Positions 1 through 10,037 are shown, numbered from the stretch's first letter. The stretch is DNA of 36,115 nt from Pedosphaera sp. (GCA_031414955.1 JANOQV010000178.1:1-36115), one strand, 5' to 3'. Numbers and translations: made by a program. Notes: generated by a model not told the origin, from the letters alone.

Positions 1-1366
1 ATGGGCCTTTCGTGAAAAGGGTGTCGCGTTGCGGGTCGGTGTTGGCGGTGAGGTGGAAGAGAACTTCGCTCGTGTTGTGGACATTCACGTCCGCATCCAC
101 GACCACGATGTATTTGCTAAACATCATCTGCCCCATGCCCCACAGGCTGTGCATGATTTTGAAAGCCTGCATCGGGTAGGTCTTCTTGATGCTGACAAAG
201 ACTAGATTGTGGAAGACGCCCTCGGCTGGCAGCGCGCTGTCCACGATCTCGGGGAAGTTCATCTTGAAGATGGGCAGAAAGAGTTTCACCGACGCGCCGC
301 CGATATAGAAATCCTCCATCGGCGGGATGCCCACGATCGTCGCGGGATAGACGGCGTTCTTCCGATGGGTAATCGCAGTAACGTGAAAGACCGGATAAGG
401 CTCGGGCAAAGTATAGTAGCCAGTGTGGTCGCCGAAGGGGCCTTCGTCGCGGAGTGGCTCGGTCGGGTCCACGTAGCCTTCGATCACGAAGTCGGCGTTG
501 GCGGGGACTTCCAGATCGTTGGTCTCGCACTTGACTAACTCCACGGACTTCTTCCTTAAGTAGCCAGCGAGGAGAAACTCATCGAGACCATCCGGCATCG
601 GCGCAGTCGCGGCGAAGGGATACATCGGGTCGCCACCGAGAAAGATGGCGACCGGCATCCGCTCGCCGCGCTCGTAGTAACGGCGTCCGTGGCGCGCGGC
701 CACCTTTTGCAACTGCCAGTGCATCCCCGTGGTTTCGTTGTCGTAGATTTGCACGCGATACATGCCCACGTTGCGCTCGCCCGTATCCGGGTCTTTGGTG
801 ACGACGCAGGGGAGGGTGATGAAGCGTCCGCCGTCGAGCGGCCAGCAGCGAAGGATGGGAAGGTTGAGCAGGGTTGAGGGTTGAGGGTTGAAGGTTGAAG
901 GTTCGGCGACATCCGGCGCGGGCGGCCAACTTTGGACTTTGGACTTTGGACTTTGGACCAAATGCACCACTTCCTTGCATACGCCGTCCTTCACAACTTT
1001 GGGCTTCGCGTGGCGCAGGTCGAGCGCGAGCGACAGCAGCTTCATCGCCTCGCGCATGGAGGTCGGCGGCTTGGCTTTCATCAACGCGCCGAGTTCAGCG
1101 GCGACTTCATCCACGGAATCTGCGCCCATGCTCATGGCCATGCGCTTGTGCGAGCCGAGCGTGTTGATGGCGACGGGGAACGGGGACACGACGCCGTTCA
1201 CGGTGGGTTTCTCGATGAGCAGCGCCTTGCCGCCACCGGGCTTCTTCATCTCGCGGTCGGCGAGTTCGGTTATCTCCAGTTCGGTGGCGACGGGCTGCGC
1301 GATGCGAATCAACTCCCCTGCCCGGTCGAGCGTGTTTATCCAGTCGCGGAAAGAATCAAATGCCAT
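1..1366 (-). CDS. ubiD: UbiD-family (prFMN-dependent) decarboxylase, menaquinone-pathway type; 3' end runs off the window
   Basis: Absent from the ORF track because it has no stop in the window. Hand translation from ATG 1366 gives MAFDSFRDWINTLDRAGELIRI...LPILRCWPLDGGRFITLP...RNVGMYRVQ...EGPFGDHTGYY...GIPPMED, which are UbiD motifs. The frame is open to base 1. Confidence 0.93.
   Translation of the reverse strand, partial: MAFDSFRDWINTLDRAGELIRIAQPVATELEITELADREMKKPGGGKALLIEKPTVNGVVSPFPVAINTLGSHKRMAMSMGADSVDEVAAELGALMKAKPPTSMREAMKLLSLALDLRHAKPKVVKDGVCKEVVHLVQSPKSKVQSWPPAPDVAEPSTFNPQPSTLLNLPILRCWPLDGGRFITLPCVVTKDPDTGERNVGMYRVQIYDNETTGMHWQLQKVAARHGRRYYERGERMPVAIFLGGDPMYPFAATAPMPDGLDEFLLAGYLRKKSVELVKCETNDLEVPANADFVIEGYVDPTEPLRDEGPFGDHTGYYTLPEPYPVFHVTAITHRKNAVYPATIVGIPPMEDFYIGGASVKLFLPIFKMNFPEIVDSALPAEGVFHNLVFVSIKKTYPMQAFKIMHSLWGMGQMMFSKYIVVVDADVNVHNTSEVLFHLTANTDPQRDTLFTKGP
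862..958 (-). repeat. Heptamer arrays (GTCCAAA)x4 and (AACCYTC)x4-5 inside ubiD, in frame
   Basis: Plus strand ctttgga x4 at ~930-958 and ggttgag/ggttgaa units at ~862-903; translates as VQSPKSKVQS...EPSTFNPQPST. Confidence 0.9.
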
Positions 1367-1454
1367 AACGCGGCCACCCTAGCGCAGGCGGGTTCGAGAC
1401 GTCCATGCCGCGCGTGGCAGCACTCGCTCCATTCCATCCGCGGCCTGAAATCTT

Positions 1455-1482
1455 TTGACCGCTCAATCGCGCGCTCTAATCT
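1455..1482 (+). promoter_or_regulatory. Sigma70-type promoter, probably giving a leaderless mRNA for the SIS gene
   Basis: TTGACC (1455-1460), 16 nt, TAATCT (1477-1482), 7 nt, ATG 1490; no SD visible. Confidence 0.6.
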
Positions 1483-1489
1483 CGCCGCC

Positions 1490-2281
1490 ATGTCGCCCAG
1501 CGCTGATTACCTGAACCAATGCCGCGAGTTGCTCCACGTCGTCGAGGCCCAGCACAACGCCATGGCCCAGGCGGCCGACCGCTTCGCGGACACGATTCTG
1601 GCGGGGCGCATGGTGCATCTCTTCGGCTCCGGCCACAGCCGCATCCTGGTCGAGGAGATGTGGCCGCGCTACGGATCGTTCCCCGGCTTCAACCCCATCG
1701 TGGAACTCTCCTTGAGCTTTCATAATCTGGTCGTCGGGTCGAATGGACAGCGCCAGGCCATGTTCCTGGAAAATGTTTCAGGACTGGCCGAGCGCATCCT
1801 GCGCAACTTCGATCTCTCGCCCCAGGATTCCGCGCTCATCGCCTCGTCCAGCGGCTGCAATGTGGTGCCCATCGAGATGGCCCAGGTCTTCCAACGGCGC
1901 GGGGTCAAGGTCGTGGCCATCATCAGCCGCCGCCACTCGGAAGCCAGCGCCAGTCAGCATCCCGAGGGCAAAAAGCTCCAGGATTTCGCCGACCTCGTGT
2001 TGGACACGGGGGCGCCCGTGGGCGACGCGATGGTGTCAATCGAAGGACTGGATACGCCCGTCGCGCCCGGCTCGACCGTGGGTGGCTGTCTGCTGGTGAA
2101 TTCGATCAAGGCCGAAGTCGCGGCCCGGCTTACGCGGGCCGGCCAGCCGCCGCGCGTGCTGACGGCGGGCGCGCTTATCGGCAAACAGCGCGCGACTGAG
2201 TTGTTTGAGGCTGCCTACGACGAACACGCCTGGCGGCTGGCGCGGCTCTACGCCAAGGTGGGCACGGCACCGGCCAGTTAA
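1490..2281 (+). CDS. SIS (sugar isomerase) domain protein
   Basis: Motifs FGSGHS, SSSGCN.VPIEMA, D.VLDTG.P.GDA, PGST. Start moved from 932 to ATG 1490 because the upstream part lies antisense to ubiD. Confidence 0.85.
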   Translation: MSPSADYLNQCRELLHVVEAQHNAMAQAADRFADTILAGRMVHLFGSGHSRILVEEMWPRYGSFPGFNPIVELSLSFHNLVVGSNGQRQAMFLENVSGLAERILRNFDLSPQDSALIASSSGCNVVPIEMAQVFQRRGVKVVAIISRRHSEASASQHPEGKKLQDFADLVLDTGAPVGDAMVSIEGLDTPVAPGSTVGGCLLVNSIKAEVAARLTRAGQPPRVLTAGALIGKQRATELFEAAYDEHAWRLARLYAKVGTAPAS

Positions 2282-2328
2282 GCACAACTCGCAGTCAGTT
2301 TTACCCGCTGCCTGCCGATAGACCATGA

Positions 2329-3141
2329 GTGTCGTCGCAGCTCGAGGTTCCGTTGCCCCCCGATCAATCCACCGTGATTGGCCGGTCGCTGTGCCTTTGC
2401 GCCCTGCTCGTCCGCGGCGCTTTGGAGTCGGCCCGGCCAGGCATGAACAGCCCGATGAATGCGGATCGCCTTCAGGCACTGGCCCATCGTCTGAGTCACT
2501 GGCTGAACGAACAGGATTTCACGGCTCAATTCACGGTCGATGAGTTGGAGGCTCTTTCGTCGGCACCCGGCTCCTGGACGGAGGCCCAACACCAGTGGCA
2601 AGGCGATCAGGCGGAGGCGCTCGGCGTTCTGCGCTGGGCCTTGTCCCTGGAAGAGGTGGTTCCGAATTACGACCAGCCTTTTCCGCCGCCCGATTTGCAG
2701 GCGATGCTTGGCTGGCCGGCGGACGCGATTCACGGTTCAGACCACACCACGCTGGCGGGCTTTCCCTATAACGGAACTGCCCTGCTCACGGGACTCGCCC
2801 AACTGCGCCCGTGGCCCGCCTTGCTGGCCCAGCGCGGCGCGGCGGATTGCTGGTTGTGGCGCGTGAACATGGCCGACCATCAACGTGCGCATCCCACCCC
2901 GCCGCCCGGCCATGACTACGGCATGTTGATTGGCATCGCCTCCGAGGAAGCCCGGGTCGCCGGAGCCATCAGCCGCCCGGTGCAGAATGATTTTCCGGTG
3001 CGAGGCCAGCCGTTTTCCGCAGTCCCGGAGACGCTGCAAACCCAGTGCGGCCGACTGGCCGCAGCCCGCCACCTCGCGCTCGACTGGCTGTGCGGTTACG
3101 CCTCCTCGTGGGATGCGCTGCCGCTGGCCAGCGCCGCCTAA
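2329..3141 (+). CDS. DUF4272-like protein
   Basis: 270 aa; pattern W....EAL.VL.WAL...P..D...LR......W.W...DF...G.P...RH.AL.WL.G....WD matches my recollection of DUF4272. Start (GTG) uncertain. Confidence 0.65.
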   Translation: MSSQLEVPLPPDQSTVIGRSLCLCALLVRGALESARPGMNSPMNADRLQALAHRLSHWLNEQDFTAQFTVDELEALSSAPGSWTEAQHQWQGDQAEALGVLRWALSLEEVVPNYDQPFPPPDLQAMLGWPADAIHGSDHTTLAGFPYNGTALLTGLAQLRPWPALLAQRGAADCWLWRVNMADHQRAHPTPPPGHDYGMLIGIASEEARVAGAISRPVQNDFPVRGQPFSAVPETLQTQCGRLAAARHLALDWLCGYASSWDALPLASAA

Positions 3142-3429
3142 GAGCCTTTCGGATCGATCTGTCCGCGGCCGGGCCAACCCTGCCTTGCGCCGCATGACTT
3201 CCGGCTCTTCTCGAAGCGGCGTCCTTGGAATCATGTCGGGAGCAGTGGCTGGAAAAACACTTCACACCCGCGCGCGGCTCGCACATGCTGCGCGCATCAA
3301 TTCCAACCTGAAGGATTGGTCCGCAGGCAAACCGGGGCAGCAGGCCGGTGCGGCGGGTTCGTCGCCGCCGGTCATCGTCGCCGGTGCGTGTCCAACCTCC
3401 GCCTGCGCACGACTCACAAAAGGAATCCT

Positions 3430-4584
3430 ATGACATGGTATCACGCCGCCAATGGCCAGCAGGCCGGCCCCTTCACGGATGAACAGTTCCAGCAGCTTGT
3501 CGCCAACGGCACCATTCAGCCCGCGACGCTGGTTTGGGAAGCGCGCCTGCCCAACTGGGTGCCGCTCTCGCAGGTGCCCCCGGAAATGCTGACCACTGCG
3601 CCCACGGCCGGCACCGAATCCGCCGCGCCCGCCGCTCTCGGCGGGGTCGTGTGCAGCGAGTGCCAGCAGACCTTCGCGCCGGATCAGGTCATCGTCATCG
3701 CCGGACGCCCGGTGTGCGGCGCGTGCAAGCCGATCCTGGTGCAACGCCTGTCCGAAGGCGCGGCCACCGGGGCCATTCCCGGCGTATCGGTGAGCGAGCA
3801 ACAAGTGCTCGATCGGGATTATCAGATTGAAATCGGAACCGCGTTGGAGCGGGCCTGGAAGACCTTCACGAGCCACGTCGGCCCTGTCATCGTCAGCAGT
3901 TTATTAATGCTCCTGCTCCTCGCGATCGTGGCGGGCGTGGTCGGCGCGGTGGGCGTGCTGGGGTTCCAAGGCATCCGTGCTGGCGGAGGAATGAGTGCCG
4001 GCGTCATCGCCGGGGTGATTCTGTTCGCCTTCTTCGTGATGCTTCTGCTCCTGGCCTTCGTCATCGTCAACGCCGGTTACGGGTGGTTCTACCTGAACCT
4101 CCATCGCCACGGCGATACCAGTTACGGGAACATCTTCGCCGGCTTCCGCCGGGGCTTGGGCAGTCTGCTCGGCGCGTGGTTCATCCAGATTCTCATCAGC
4201 ATCGGCGTGTCCGTGCCGTTCAGCGTGGCCAGCCAGGTCATCCTCCATTCGGGGTTGCCGCCGGCCGCCAGCATGGGCATCAACGCCATCCTGCAACTGA
4301 TCAGCACCGCCATCGGCATTTACCTCAGCGTGCTCTGGATCTTTACGAATTTTCTCATCATGGACAAAGGGATGGGAGCCTGGGCAGCGATGAAGTTAAG
4401 CCGCAAGGTGATAGCGAAGCGCTGGTGGATGAGCTTCCTCTTTCTCATTGTCGCCGGAATCATTGCCAGCGTCGGGTTCCTGGCCTGCGGGGTGGGCCTG
4501 TTGGTTTCCATGCCTTTGTGCCTGCTGATGATCGTCGCGCTTTACGACGACAACTTCCGCGACTTGGAACCGGCGCAATCGTAG
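3430..4584 (+). CDS. GYF_2 (DUF4339) domain + CxxC..CxxC Zn ribbon + multi-pass membrane protein
   Basis: MTWYHAANGQQAGPF...L...G.I...TLVW...L.NW.P is the GYF_2 signature; CSEC...CGAC; ~5 hydrophobic helices; AGGA upstream of ATG 3430. Confidence 0.85.
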   Translation: MTWYHAANGQQAGPFTDEQFQQLVANGTIQPATLVWEARLPNWVPLSQVPPEMLTTAPTAGTESAAPAALGGVVCSECQQTFAPDQVIVIAGRPVCGACKPILVQRLSEGAATGAIPGVSVSEQQVLDRDYQIEIGTALERAWKTFTSHVGPVIVSSLLMLLLLAIVAGVVGAVGVLGFQGIRAGGGMSAGVIAGVILFAFFVMLLLLAFVIVNAGYGWFYLNLHRHGDTSYGNIFAGFRRGLGSLLGAWFIQILISIGVSVPFSVASQVILHSGLPPAASMGINAILQLISTAIGIYLSVLWIFTNFLIMDKGMGAWAAMKLSRKVIAKRWWMSFLFLIVAGIIASVGFLACGVGLLVSMPLCLLMIVALYDDNFRDLEPAQS

Positions 4585-4589
4585 CCTGA

Positions 4590-5168
4590 ATGTCCGCCGT
4601 CCCCGCTTGTCCCCACTGCGCCGCGCCCTGGCCGGTCGTGCCGGGTGAAGCGACCGGGTCTCGGGCCTGTCCGTCCTGCCAACGGCCCGGTGGCTTGCTG
4701 ATCTTTTCCGCGCTCCACCGGTTGCCGCCCGTGGAGGAGGCGGCGGCGAGCCTCGTGGTGGAAGGGGAAGCCTCCTGCTTTTATCATCCGGGCAAACGTG
4801 CCGCCATCCCGTGCGGTTCGTGCGGTCGTTTCCTTTGCGCGCTGTGCGACGTGAAGATCGGCGGAAGGAATCTCTGCCCGGCCTGCGTCGAGTCCGGCCG
4901 GACCAAGGGGCGCTTCACCGAGTTGGAAACCGGTCGCACGCTCTGGGACACGACCGCGTTGATGCTGGCGGTGCTGCCGCTGGTGCTTTGTTTCTACGTC
5001 AGCGTCGTCACCGCGCCGGCCGCGCTGGTGGTGAGCTGGGTGGGGTGGAAGAAACCTTCGAGCGTGGTGCCGCGCGGCCAGTGGCGGTTCTGGGTGGCCA
5101 TCATCGCGGCCTTGCTGCAAATCGCGGGGTGGATTGGCCTGGTCGTTTTCCTGGTCGTGAAAACCTGA
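4590..5168 (+). CDS. Cys-rich (Zn ribbon + B-box-like) membrane protein
   Basis: CPHC..CPSC, then CFYHP...CGSCGRFLCALC...CPAC, then 2-3 TM segments; 5 nt after the previous stop. Confidence 0.8.
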   Translation: MSAVPACPHCAAPWPVVPGEATGSRACPSCQRPGGLLIFSALHRLPPVEEAAASLVVEGEASCFYHPGKRAAIPCGSCGRFLCALCDVKIGGRNLCPACVESGRTKGRFTELETGRTLWDTTALMLAVLPLVLCFYVSVVTAPAALVVSWVGWKKPSSVVPRGQWRFWVAIIAALLQIAGWIGLVVFLVVKT

Positions 5169-5170
5169 AC

Positions 5171-5695
5171 ATGAGCGCCGCACCCTCACCGTACCAGAAA
5201 CTCCCCGGCACGGGCCATCAACTCGGCAGCTACACCAAGCTCTACCGCGGCGAGGATCATTTGCTCCAGGTGATCTCCGTGACCTTCAGCGAGCGCTACA
5301 AGCGGTTTTACTTCCGCGACATCCAGGCCATCACTCTGGTCCGCACCCGCGCCTGGCTGATCTGGGCGGGCCTCTCGGGGTTCGGAGCGCTGTCGCTGCT
5401 GGCCGTCGCGCTGGCGGTCGATGAGGCCGTGGGCCGGGGGGTCTGCGCGAGCGGGGCGGGCGTGTTCGCCCTGATCGCCTTGAGCCACCTGCTGCGCGGC
5501 CCCTCGTGCCGGTGTTGCGTGCAAACGGCCGTGCAGACGGAGCGCATCCCCAGCCTGAATCGCGAGCGCAAGACGCGGAAAGTGCTGGCCGGTTTGCAAC
5601 CGCTGATCGAAGCGGCCCAGGAACCGATGACGGAATTACCGCCCGTCGCAAGCGCCACCACGCCGGACCCCGGCCAACCTGCTCCTCTCCCGTGA
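5171..5695 (+). CDS. Hypothetical two-TM membrane protein
   Basis: ATG 2 nt after the previous stop; MSAAPSPYQKL...FSERYKRFYFRDIQAI, then two TM helices; GTGA overlap with the next gene. Confidence 0.75.
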   Translation: MSAAPSPYQKLPGTGHQLGSYTKLYRGEDHLLQVISVTFSERYKRFYFRDIQAITLVRTRAWLIWAGLSGFGALSLLAVALAVDEAVGRGVCASGAGVFALIALSHLLRGPSCRCCVQTAVQTERIPSLNRERKTRKVLAGLQPLIEAAQEPMTELPPVASATTPDPGQPAPLP

Positions 5696-6024
5696 ACACG
5701 CCCGCCCTGGCCAGCCAACGCTGTTTCCACCACTCGCGGCGCGAGGCGGTGGCGCGCTGCCCGGAGTGCCGCAGCTTTTACTGCCGTGAGTGCATCACGG
5801 AACACGATGACCGTGTCATCTGCGCGAATTGTTTGCGCAAGATCACGGTCCGCGCGGAAGCCGGGCGCAAGTCTTTCGCCTGGCTCAGGCCCGTGCTGCA
5901 ATGCGCCGCCGGTCTCGTGGTGCTGTGGATGGTCTTCTACTTTTTCGGCACGGCGCTGCTCTCCATTCCGTCGTCCTTCCACGAAGGGACGGTTTGGGCC
6001 GACCAATGGTGGAAGGACCGATGA
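5692..6024 (+). CDS. Small B-box-like Zn-finger membrane protein
   Basis: GTG overlaps the previous TGA; CFHH..REAVARCPEC..FYCREC......ICANC plus one TM; ATGA overlap with the next gene. Confidence 0.8.
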   Translation: MNTPALASQRCFHHSRREAVARCPECRSFYCRECITEHDDRVICANCLRKITVRAEAGRKSFAWLRPVLQCAAGLVVLWMVFYFFGTALLSIPSSFHEGTVWADQWWKDR

Positions 6025-7622
6025 AGCGTCGCGCCCAAGACGGAGAGCCAGGCGGCCTCGACCTCGCCGAGCAGGCGCTGCACACGCTGCGCCTCGCCTC
6101 GCCCGCCACCCTGCTCTGCTACTACACCGGCAGCGTGCCGTTCGTGCTCGCGGTGCTTTTCTACTGGTCGGACATGAGCCGGAGCGGAATGGCCCAACGT
6201 CACCTCGTGCCCGGAGCCATTGGACTCGCGCTGCTCTTCGTCTGGATGAAGGCGTGGCAATCAATCTTCACCACCCGGCTCGCGGCGCAGGTGGCGAACG
6301 AACCATCGCCACGCTTACGCGCCGGACAAATCGCGCGCATGATCGGCTCGCAAACTTTTCTGCAATCCACCGGCCTGCTGCTGCTACCGCCGGCCGCGGT
6401 CATCTTGCTGCCCTTCGGCTGGCTCTTCGCGTTTTATCAGAACGCCACCGTGCTGGGCGTGCGCGAACCGGCGCTGCGCGCGCTCCTGCACCGCAGTTGG
6501 AAACAGGCCCGCCAGTCGTCCGGCCAGAACCACACCGGTCTGCTCCTCCTGCTCCTCTTCGGCTTCATCCTGTTTCTGAACGTGATGATCACCATGCTGG
6601 TGCTGCCACATCTGGTGAAAATTTTGTTCGGCGTGGAGAGCAGTTTCACCCTCAGCCCGATGAGCAGCCTCAACACCACCTTTGTCGCGGCGGCGGCGGG
6701 CCTGGCGTATCTCTGCTTCGATCCGATCCTCAAATCGTTTTACACGCTGCGCTGTTTCTACGGCGAGGCGCGGACCACGGGGGAAGATTTGCGGGTGGCG
6801 CTGCGCCGCTTCCAGGTGCCCGCGCTGGCCGGGCTGCTGGCGCTGGCGGTGTTCGCGCCAGGCAGCACCTTCGCCGCGGCGCCCCAACCGGACGTTCCGC
6901 TCCCGCCCCAGACGCAGAGCGGTGCCGCCCTGGATCATTCCATCGACGAAGTGTTGAAGCGGGCCGAGTACACCTGGCGCGCGCCACGCGAGAAACAGGC
7001 TGAGACCATCGAGAAGGAATCCGCATGGTGGAAGCGCGTGCAGGAGTGGTTGCGCGACCTGAAGCGGGGCTTCGCCGACTGGCTCAAGAAACTGTTCAGC
7101 AACCGCTCCCGCCCCACGACGCCGGGCTGGTTCTCCTTCTCGTCCGAGGGATTGATCTACCTGCTCATCGCCGCCGTCGTCGCCATCATCGGCGTGCTGG
7201 TCTATGTGCTCTGGCGCTCGCGCACGAAATCCACCGGCGCGGAACTGGCCGCCACCGCCGCCGCGCCCGTGCCGGACCTGGAGTGGGATGACGTGACGGG
7301 CGACGAACTGCCCGTCGATGGCTGGGCGCGACTTGCGCTGGAATTGCTGGAGCGCGGCGAACTGCGTCTCGCCATGCGCGCCTTCCATCTCTCCAGCCTG
7401 GCCCACCTCGCGGATCGCAATCTCGTCAGCATCGCCCGCTTCAAGAGCAACCGCGATTACGAGCGCGAGCTGCTGCGCCGCAGCCACGCCTTGCCGGAGT
7501 TGACGCAACATTTCTCGGCCAACGTGCTCGTCTTCGATCGCGTCTGGTACGGCCGGCACGACATCGACGCGGAGTTGCTGCAACAATTCCGCGCGCAGGT
7601 GGAAAGGATTCGCGAATGTTAG
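6021..7622 (+). CDS. Membrane protein with C-terminal DUF4129
   Basis: ATGA-coupled start; ~7 TMs; C-terminus G.LR.A.R...L..LA....I...KSNRDY..EL...F...FDRVWYG is typical of DUF4129. Confidence 0.85.
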   Translation: MKRRAQDGEPGGLDLAEQALHTLRLASPATLLCYYTGSVPFVLAVLFYWSDMSRSGMAQRHLVPGAIGLALLFVWMKAWQSIFTTRLAAQVANEPSPRLRAGQIARMIGSQTFLQSTGLLLLPPAAVILLPFGWLFAFYQNATVLGVREPALRALLHRSWKQARQSSGQNHTGLLLLLLFGFILFLNVMITMLVLPHLVKILFGVESSFTLSPMSSLNTTFVAAAAGLAYLCFDPILKSFYTLRCFYGEARTTGEDLRVALRRFQVPALAGLLALAVFAPGSTFAAAPQPDVPLPPQTQSGAALDHSIDEVLKRAEYTWRAPREKQAETIEKESAWWKRVQEWLRDLKRGFADWLKKLFSNRSRPTTPGWFSFSSEGLIYLLIAAVVAIIGVLVYVLWRSRTKSTGAELAATAAAPVPDLEWDDVTGDELPVDGWARLALELLERGELRLAMRAFHLSSLAHLADRNLVSIARFKSNRDYERELLRRSHALPELTQHFSANVLVFDRVWYGRHDIDAELLQQFRAQVERIREC

Positions 7623-8818
7623 CCCGCCGTTTCCTGCTGCTCTTCGCGCTGCTGGCCTTGATCGCGGTCTTTGCCGGCGGGCTGTATCAGCTCTTCAAGC
7701 TGCGCTTCTCCGCCGGCGACAGCTACCCGGCCTACTCTTCCTTGCGCGCCGATCCGCTCGGTTGCCGTGTTTACTACGAAAGCCTCGAACGGCTGGGTGA
7801 ACCGACGGTGCGCCGCCACGTTCAGTCCGTGGAGCGGCTCCCCGACGGGCGCGGCACCACGCTCTTCGTCCTCGGCTTGCCCTGGAACGAAATGACCGCC
7901 GAGGAAGGCGAATACAAAAAGCTCGACGCCTTCGTGCGCGATGGCGGACGCCTCGTGGTCACGCTCTTTCCTGAACTGGGCCGGCCGCGCTTCTTCACCA
8001 CCGGCACCGGCGTCGGCACCAACCCGCCCGCATTCAAGAATCCGCTCCAGGACGATGACTCGCGCCCGGCGTCCATCAACCTGCGCGAGAAGTGGGGCTT
8101 CGGTTACGAGCACATTCCCACCACGCGCCAACTGCTGACGTGGACGCCGGTGAAGGTCACGCGCGCCGAGGACGGTCCCCTGCCCTCCTCGTTGAGCTGG
8201 CACAGCGGCCTGGTGCTGACCAACCTCGATCCGGCGTGGCGCGTCCTCTATGCGCGCGGCCGTGATCCCGTGCTGGTCGAACGCACCCAAGGCCGCGGCT
8301 CCATCGTCATCGCCACCGATTCCTATTTCGCCAGCAACGAGGCCATGCGCGGCGAGCGCGCGCCGGAGTTGCTCGCCTGGCTGGCCAGCACGAACCGTCT
8401 CGTCATCTTCGACGAGGTCCACCTCGGCGTGCAGGAACAGCCGGGCGTCGCCACCCTGGTGCGGCGCTACCAACTGCACGGCGGCGTGCTCGCCCTCCTC
8501 GCCCTGGCGCTGCTCTTCATCGGGAAAAACTCCGTGAGCTTCGTGCCACGCCCCGCCGAGTCACCATCGGCGACGCCGGTGTCCGGGTTGGAATCGTCCG
8601 CCGGATTCCAGAACCTGCTCCGCCGCAGCATCGCGCCCAAGGACTTGCTGCAAGTGAGCCTCGACGAATGGCACAAGTCCGCGCGGCTCGATGGCCGTGT
8701 CACGCCGCCGCGCCGCGAGAAAATTCGCGCCGTGGTGGAAGCCTTTAATGCCACCGAGAAGCCGGACCTGGTGCAGGCGTACCGGGAGATCGCGCGGATT
8801 TTGAACCGGAAGAAATGA
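7616..8818 (+). CDS. DUF4350 domain protein
   Basis: N-terminal TM, YSS.R.DP.G....Y..L, FV..GG.LV, G.G.I....D....SN, .IFDE.H.G, second TM; sits upstream of moxR. Confidence 0.85.
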   Translation: MLARRFLLLFALLALIAVFAGGLYQLFKLRFSAGDSYPAYSSLRADPLGCRVYYESLERLGEPTVRRHVQSVERLPDGRGTTLFVLGLPWNEMTAEEGEYKKLDAFVRDGGRLVVTLFPELGRPRFFTTGTGVGTNPPAFKNPLQDDDSRPASINLREKWGFGYEHIPTTRQLLTWTPVKVTRAEDGPLPSSLSWHSGLVLTNLDPAWRVLYARGRDPVLVERTQGRGSIVIATDSYFASNEAMRGERAPELLAWLASTNRLVIFDEVHLGVQEQPGVATLVRRYQLHGGVLALLALALLFIGKNSVSFVPRPAESPSATPVSGLESSAGFQNLLRRSIAPKDLLQVSLDEWHKSARLDGRVTPPRREKIRAVVEAFNATEKPDLVQAYREIARILNRKK

Positions 8819-8822
8819 TGTG

Positions 8823-8991
8823 ATATCCCAAATCCCAAATCCCAAATCCCAAATAAATTCCAAGCGCCCAAATTCCATTCGCGGGCGGGCACGATTCCCG
8901 CTGGAAGAGAACCTGACGACCGATAGACCGGTCGTTTGGAATTTGAGCCGTTGGAATTTATTTGGGATTTGGGATTTGGGATTTGAAATTT
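8823..8991. repeat. Heptamer-array hairpin element (AAATCCC type), ~55-bp inverted arms
   Basis: Left arm 8823-8877 atatccc(aaatccc)3aaataaattccaagcgcccaaattcca; right arm 8937-8991 is its near-perfect reverse complement. Confidence 0.95.
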
Positions 8992-9031
8992 CGCCCCGCA
9001 ACGTCACCACCTGAACACTATCCTTACACAC

Positions 9032-9994
9032 ATGACCAACACCGACCGTCTCAAAGAAGTCCTCGCCCAAGCCCGGCACGAAGTGGGCAAAGTCATCATT
9101 GGCCAGGGCGACGTCATCGACAAGGCGCTCATCGCCATCTTCACCGGCCAGCACGCACTCATCGAAGGCGTGCCCGGCGTGGCCAAGACGCTGCTCGTCC
9201 GCACCCTCGCGCGAGTGCTGGGCTGCGAGTTCGAGCGCATCCAGTTCACGCCCGACCTGATGCCCGCCGACATCACCGGCACCAACATCTTCAACCTCCA
9301 GCGCAACGAGTTCACTTTGATTCGCGGCCCCGTCTTCACCTCGTTCCTGCTCGCGGATGAAATCAACCGCGCGCCAGCCAAGACCCAGTCCGCGCTCTTG
9401 CAAGCCATGCAGGAGCGCACCGTGACCATCGACCGCGACACCCATGCGCTGCCGGAAAACTTCACCGTGTTCGCCACGCAGAACCCCATCGAGCACGAAG
9501 GCACGTATCCGTTGCCCGAAGCGCAGAAGGATCGCTTCATGATGAAGATCACCATGTCCGCGCCCGGCCGTGACGAGGAGTTCAGTCTCGCGCAACGCAT
9601 GTTGGGCCACGAATCCCCCGAGGCGACGCTGGCGCGCGGCGACGTGCAGGCGGTCATTTCCGCGGACGACTTGCGGGAACTGCGGTTGAACCTCCAGCAC
9701 ATCACGCTGCGCGAGGAGCTGCTCGGCTACATCGTCGATATCGTGCGGGCCACGCGCCAGCACGAAAGCGTGCTGGTCGGGGCCGGCCCGCGCGCCACGC
9801 AGAGCCTGCTGCTCGCGGCCCGCGGGTATGCGGCGGTGGCCAGCCGTGATTTCGTCACGCCGGACGACATCAAGATGATGGCCGTGCCGGTGCTCGAACA
9901 CCGCCTCATCCTGCGGCCCGAGTTCGAGATCGAAGGCTTGTCCATCGGGGAAGTGATTGAACGGATTCTCCAGGAGATCGCCGTGCCGAGATGA
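9032..9994 (+). CDS. moxR: MoxR-family AAA+ ATPase
   Basis: LIEGVPGVAKT (Walker A), RIQFTPDLMPADITG, LLADEINRAPAKTQSALLQAM, ATQNPIEHEGTYPLPEAQKDRF. Confidence 0.97.
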   Translation: MTNTDRLKEVLAQARHEVGKVIIGQGDVIDKALIAIFTGQHALIEGVPGVAKTLLVRTLARVLGCEFERIQFTPDLMPADITGTNIFNLQRNEFTLIRGPVFTSFLLADEINRAPAKTQSALLQAMQERTVTIDRDTHALPENFTVFATQNPIEHEGTYPLPEAQKDRFMMKITMSAPGRDEEFSLAQRMLGHESPEATLARGDVQAVISADDLRELRLNLQHITLREELLGYIVDIVRATRQHESVLVGAGPRATQSLLLAARGYAAVASRDFVTPDDIKMMAVPVLEHRLILRPEFEIEGLSIGEVIERILQEIAVPR

Positions 9995-10037
9995 AGACAA
10001 ACTCCAAACACCAAGGGCCGATTCCTGGCGGCGCGTG

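Noticed and set aside
556..980. Apparent frameshift or pseudogenisation of ubiD (fragment ORFs 556..912 and 579..980)
   Set aside because: Hand translation shows the true ubiD frame stays open through the repeats; the listed ORFs are alternative frames.
932..1489. 186-aa N-terminal extension of the SIS ORF
   Set aside because: Mostly antisense to ubiD and starts within a heptamer repeat; a promoter and ATG at 1490 explain the gene.
3320..3415. GGCAAACC in the GYF_2 leader, reminiscent of a c-di-GMP-I riboswitch
   Set aside because: No GNRA loop or GACGCAAAGC segment follows. An Rfam cmscan would be decisive.
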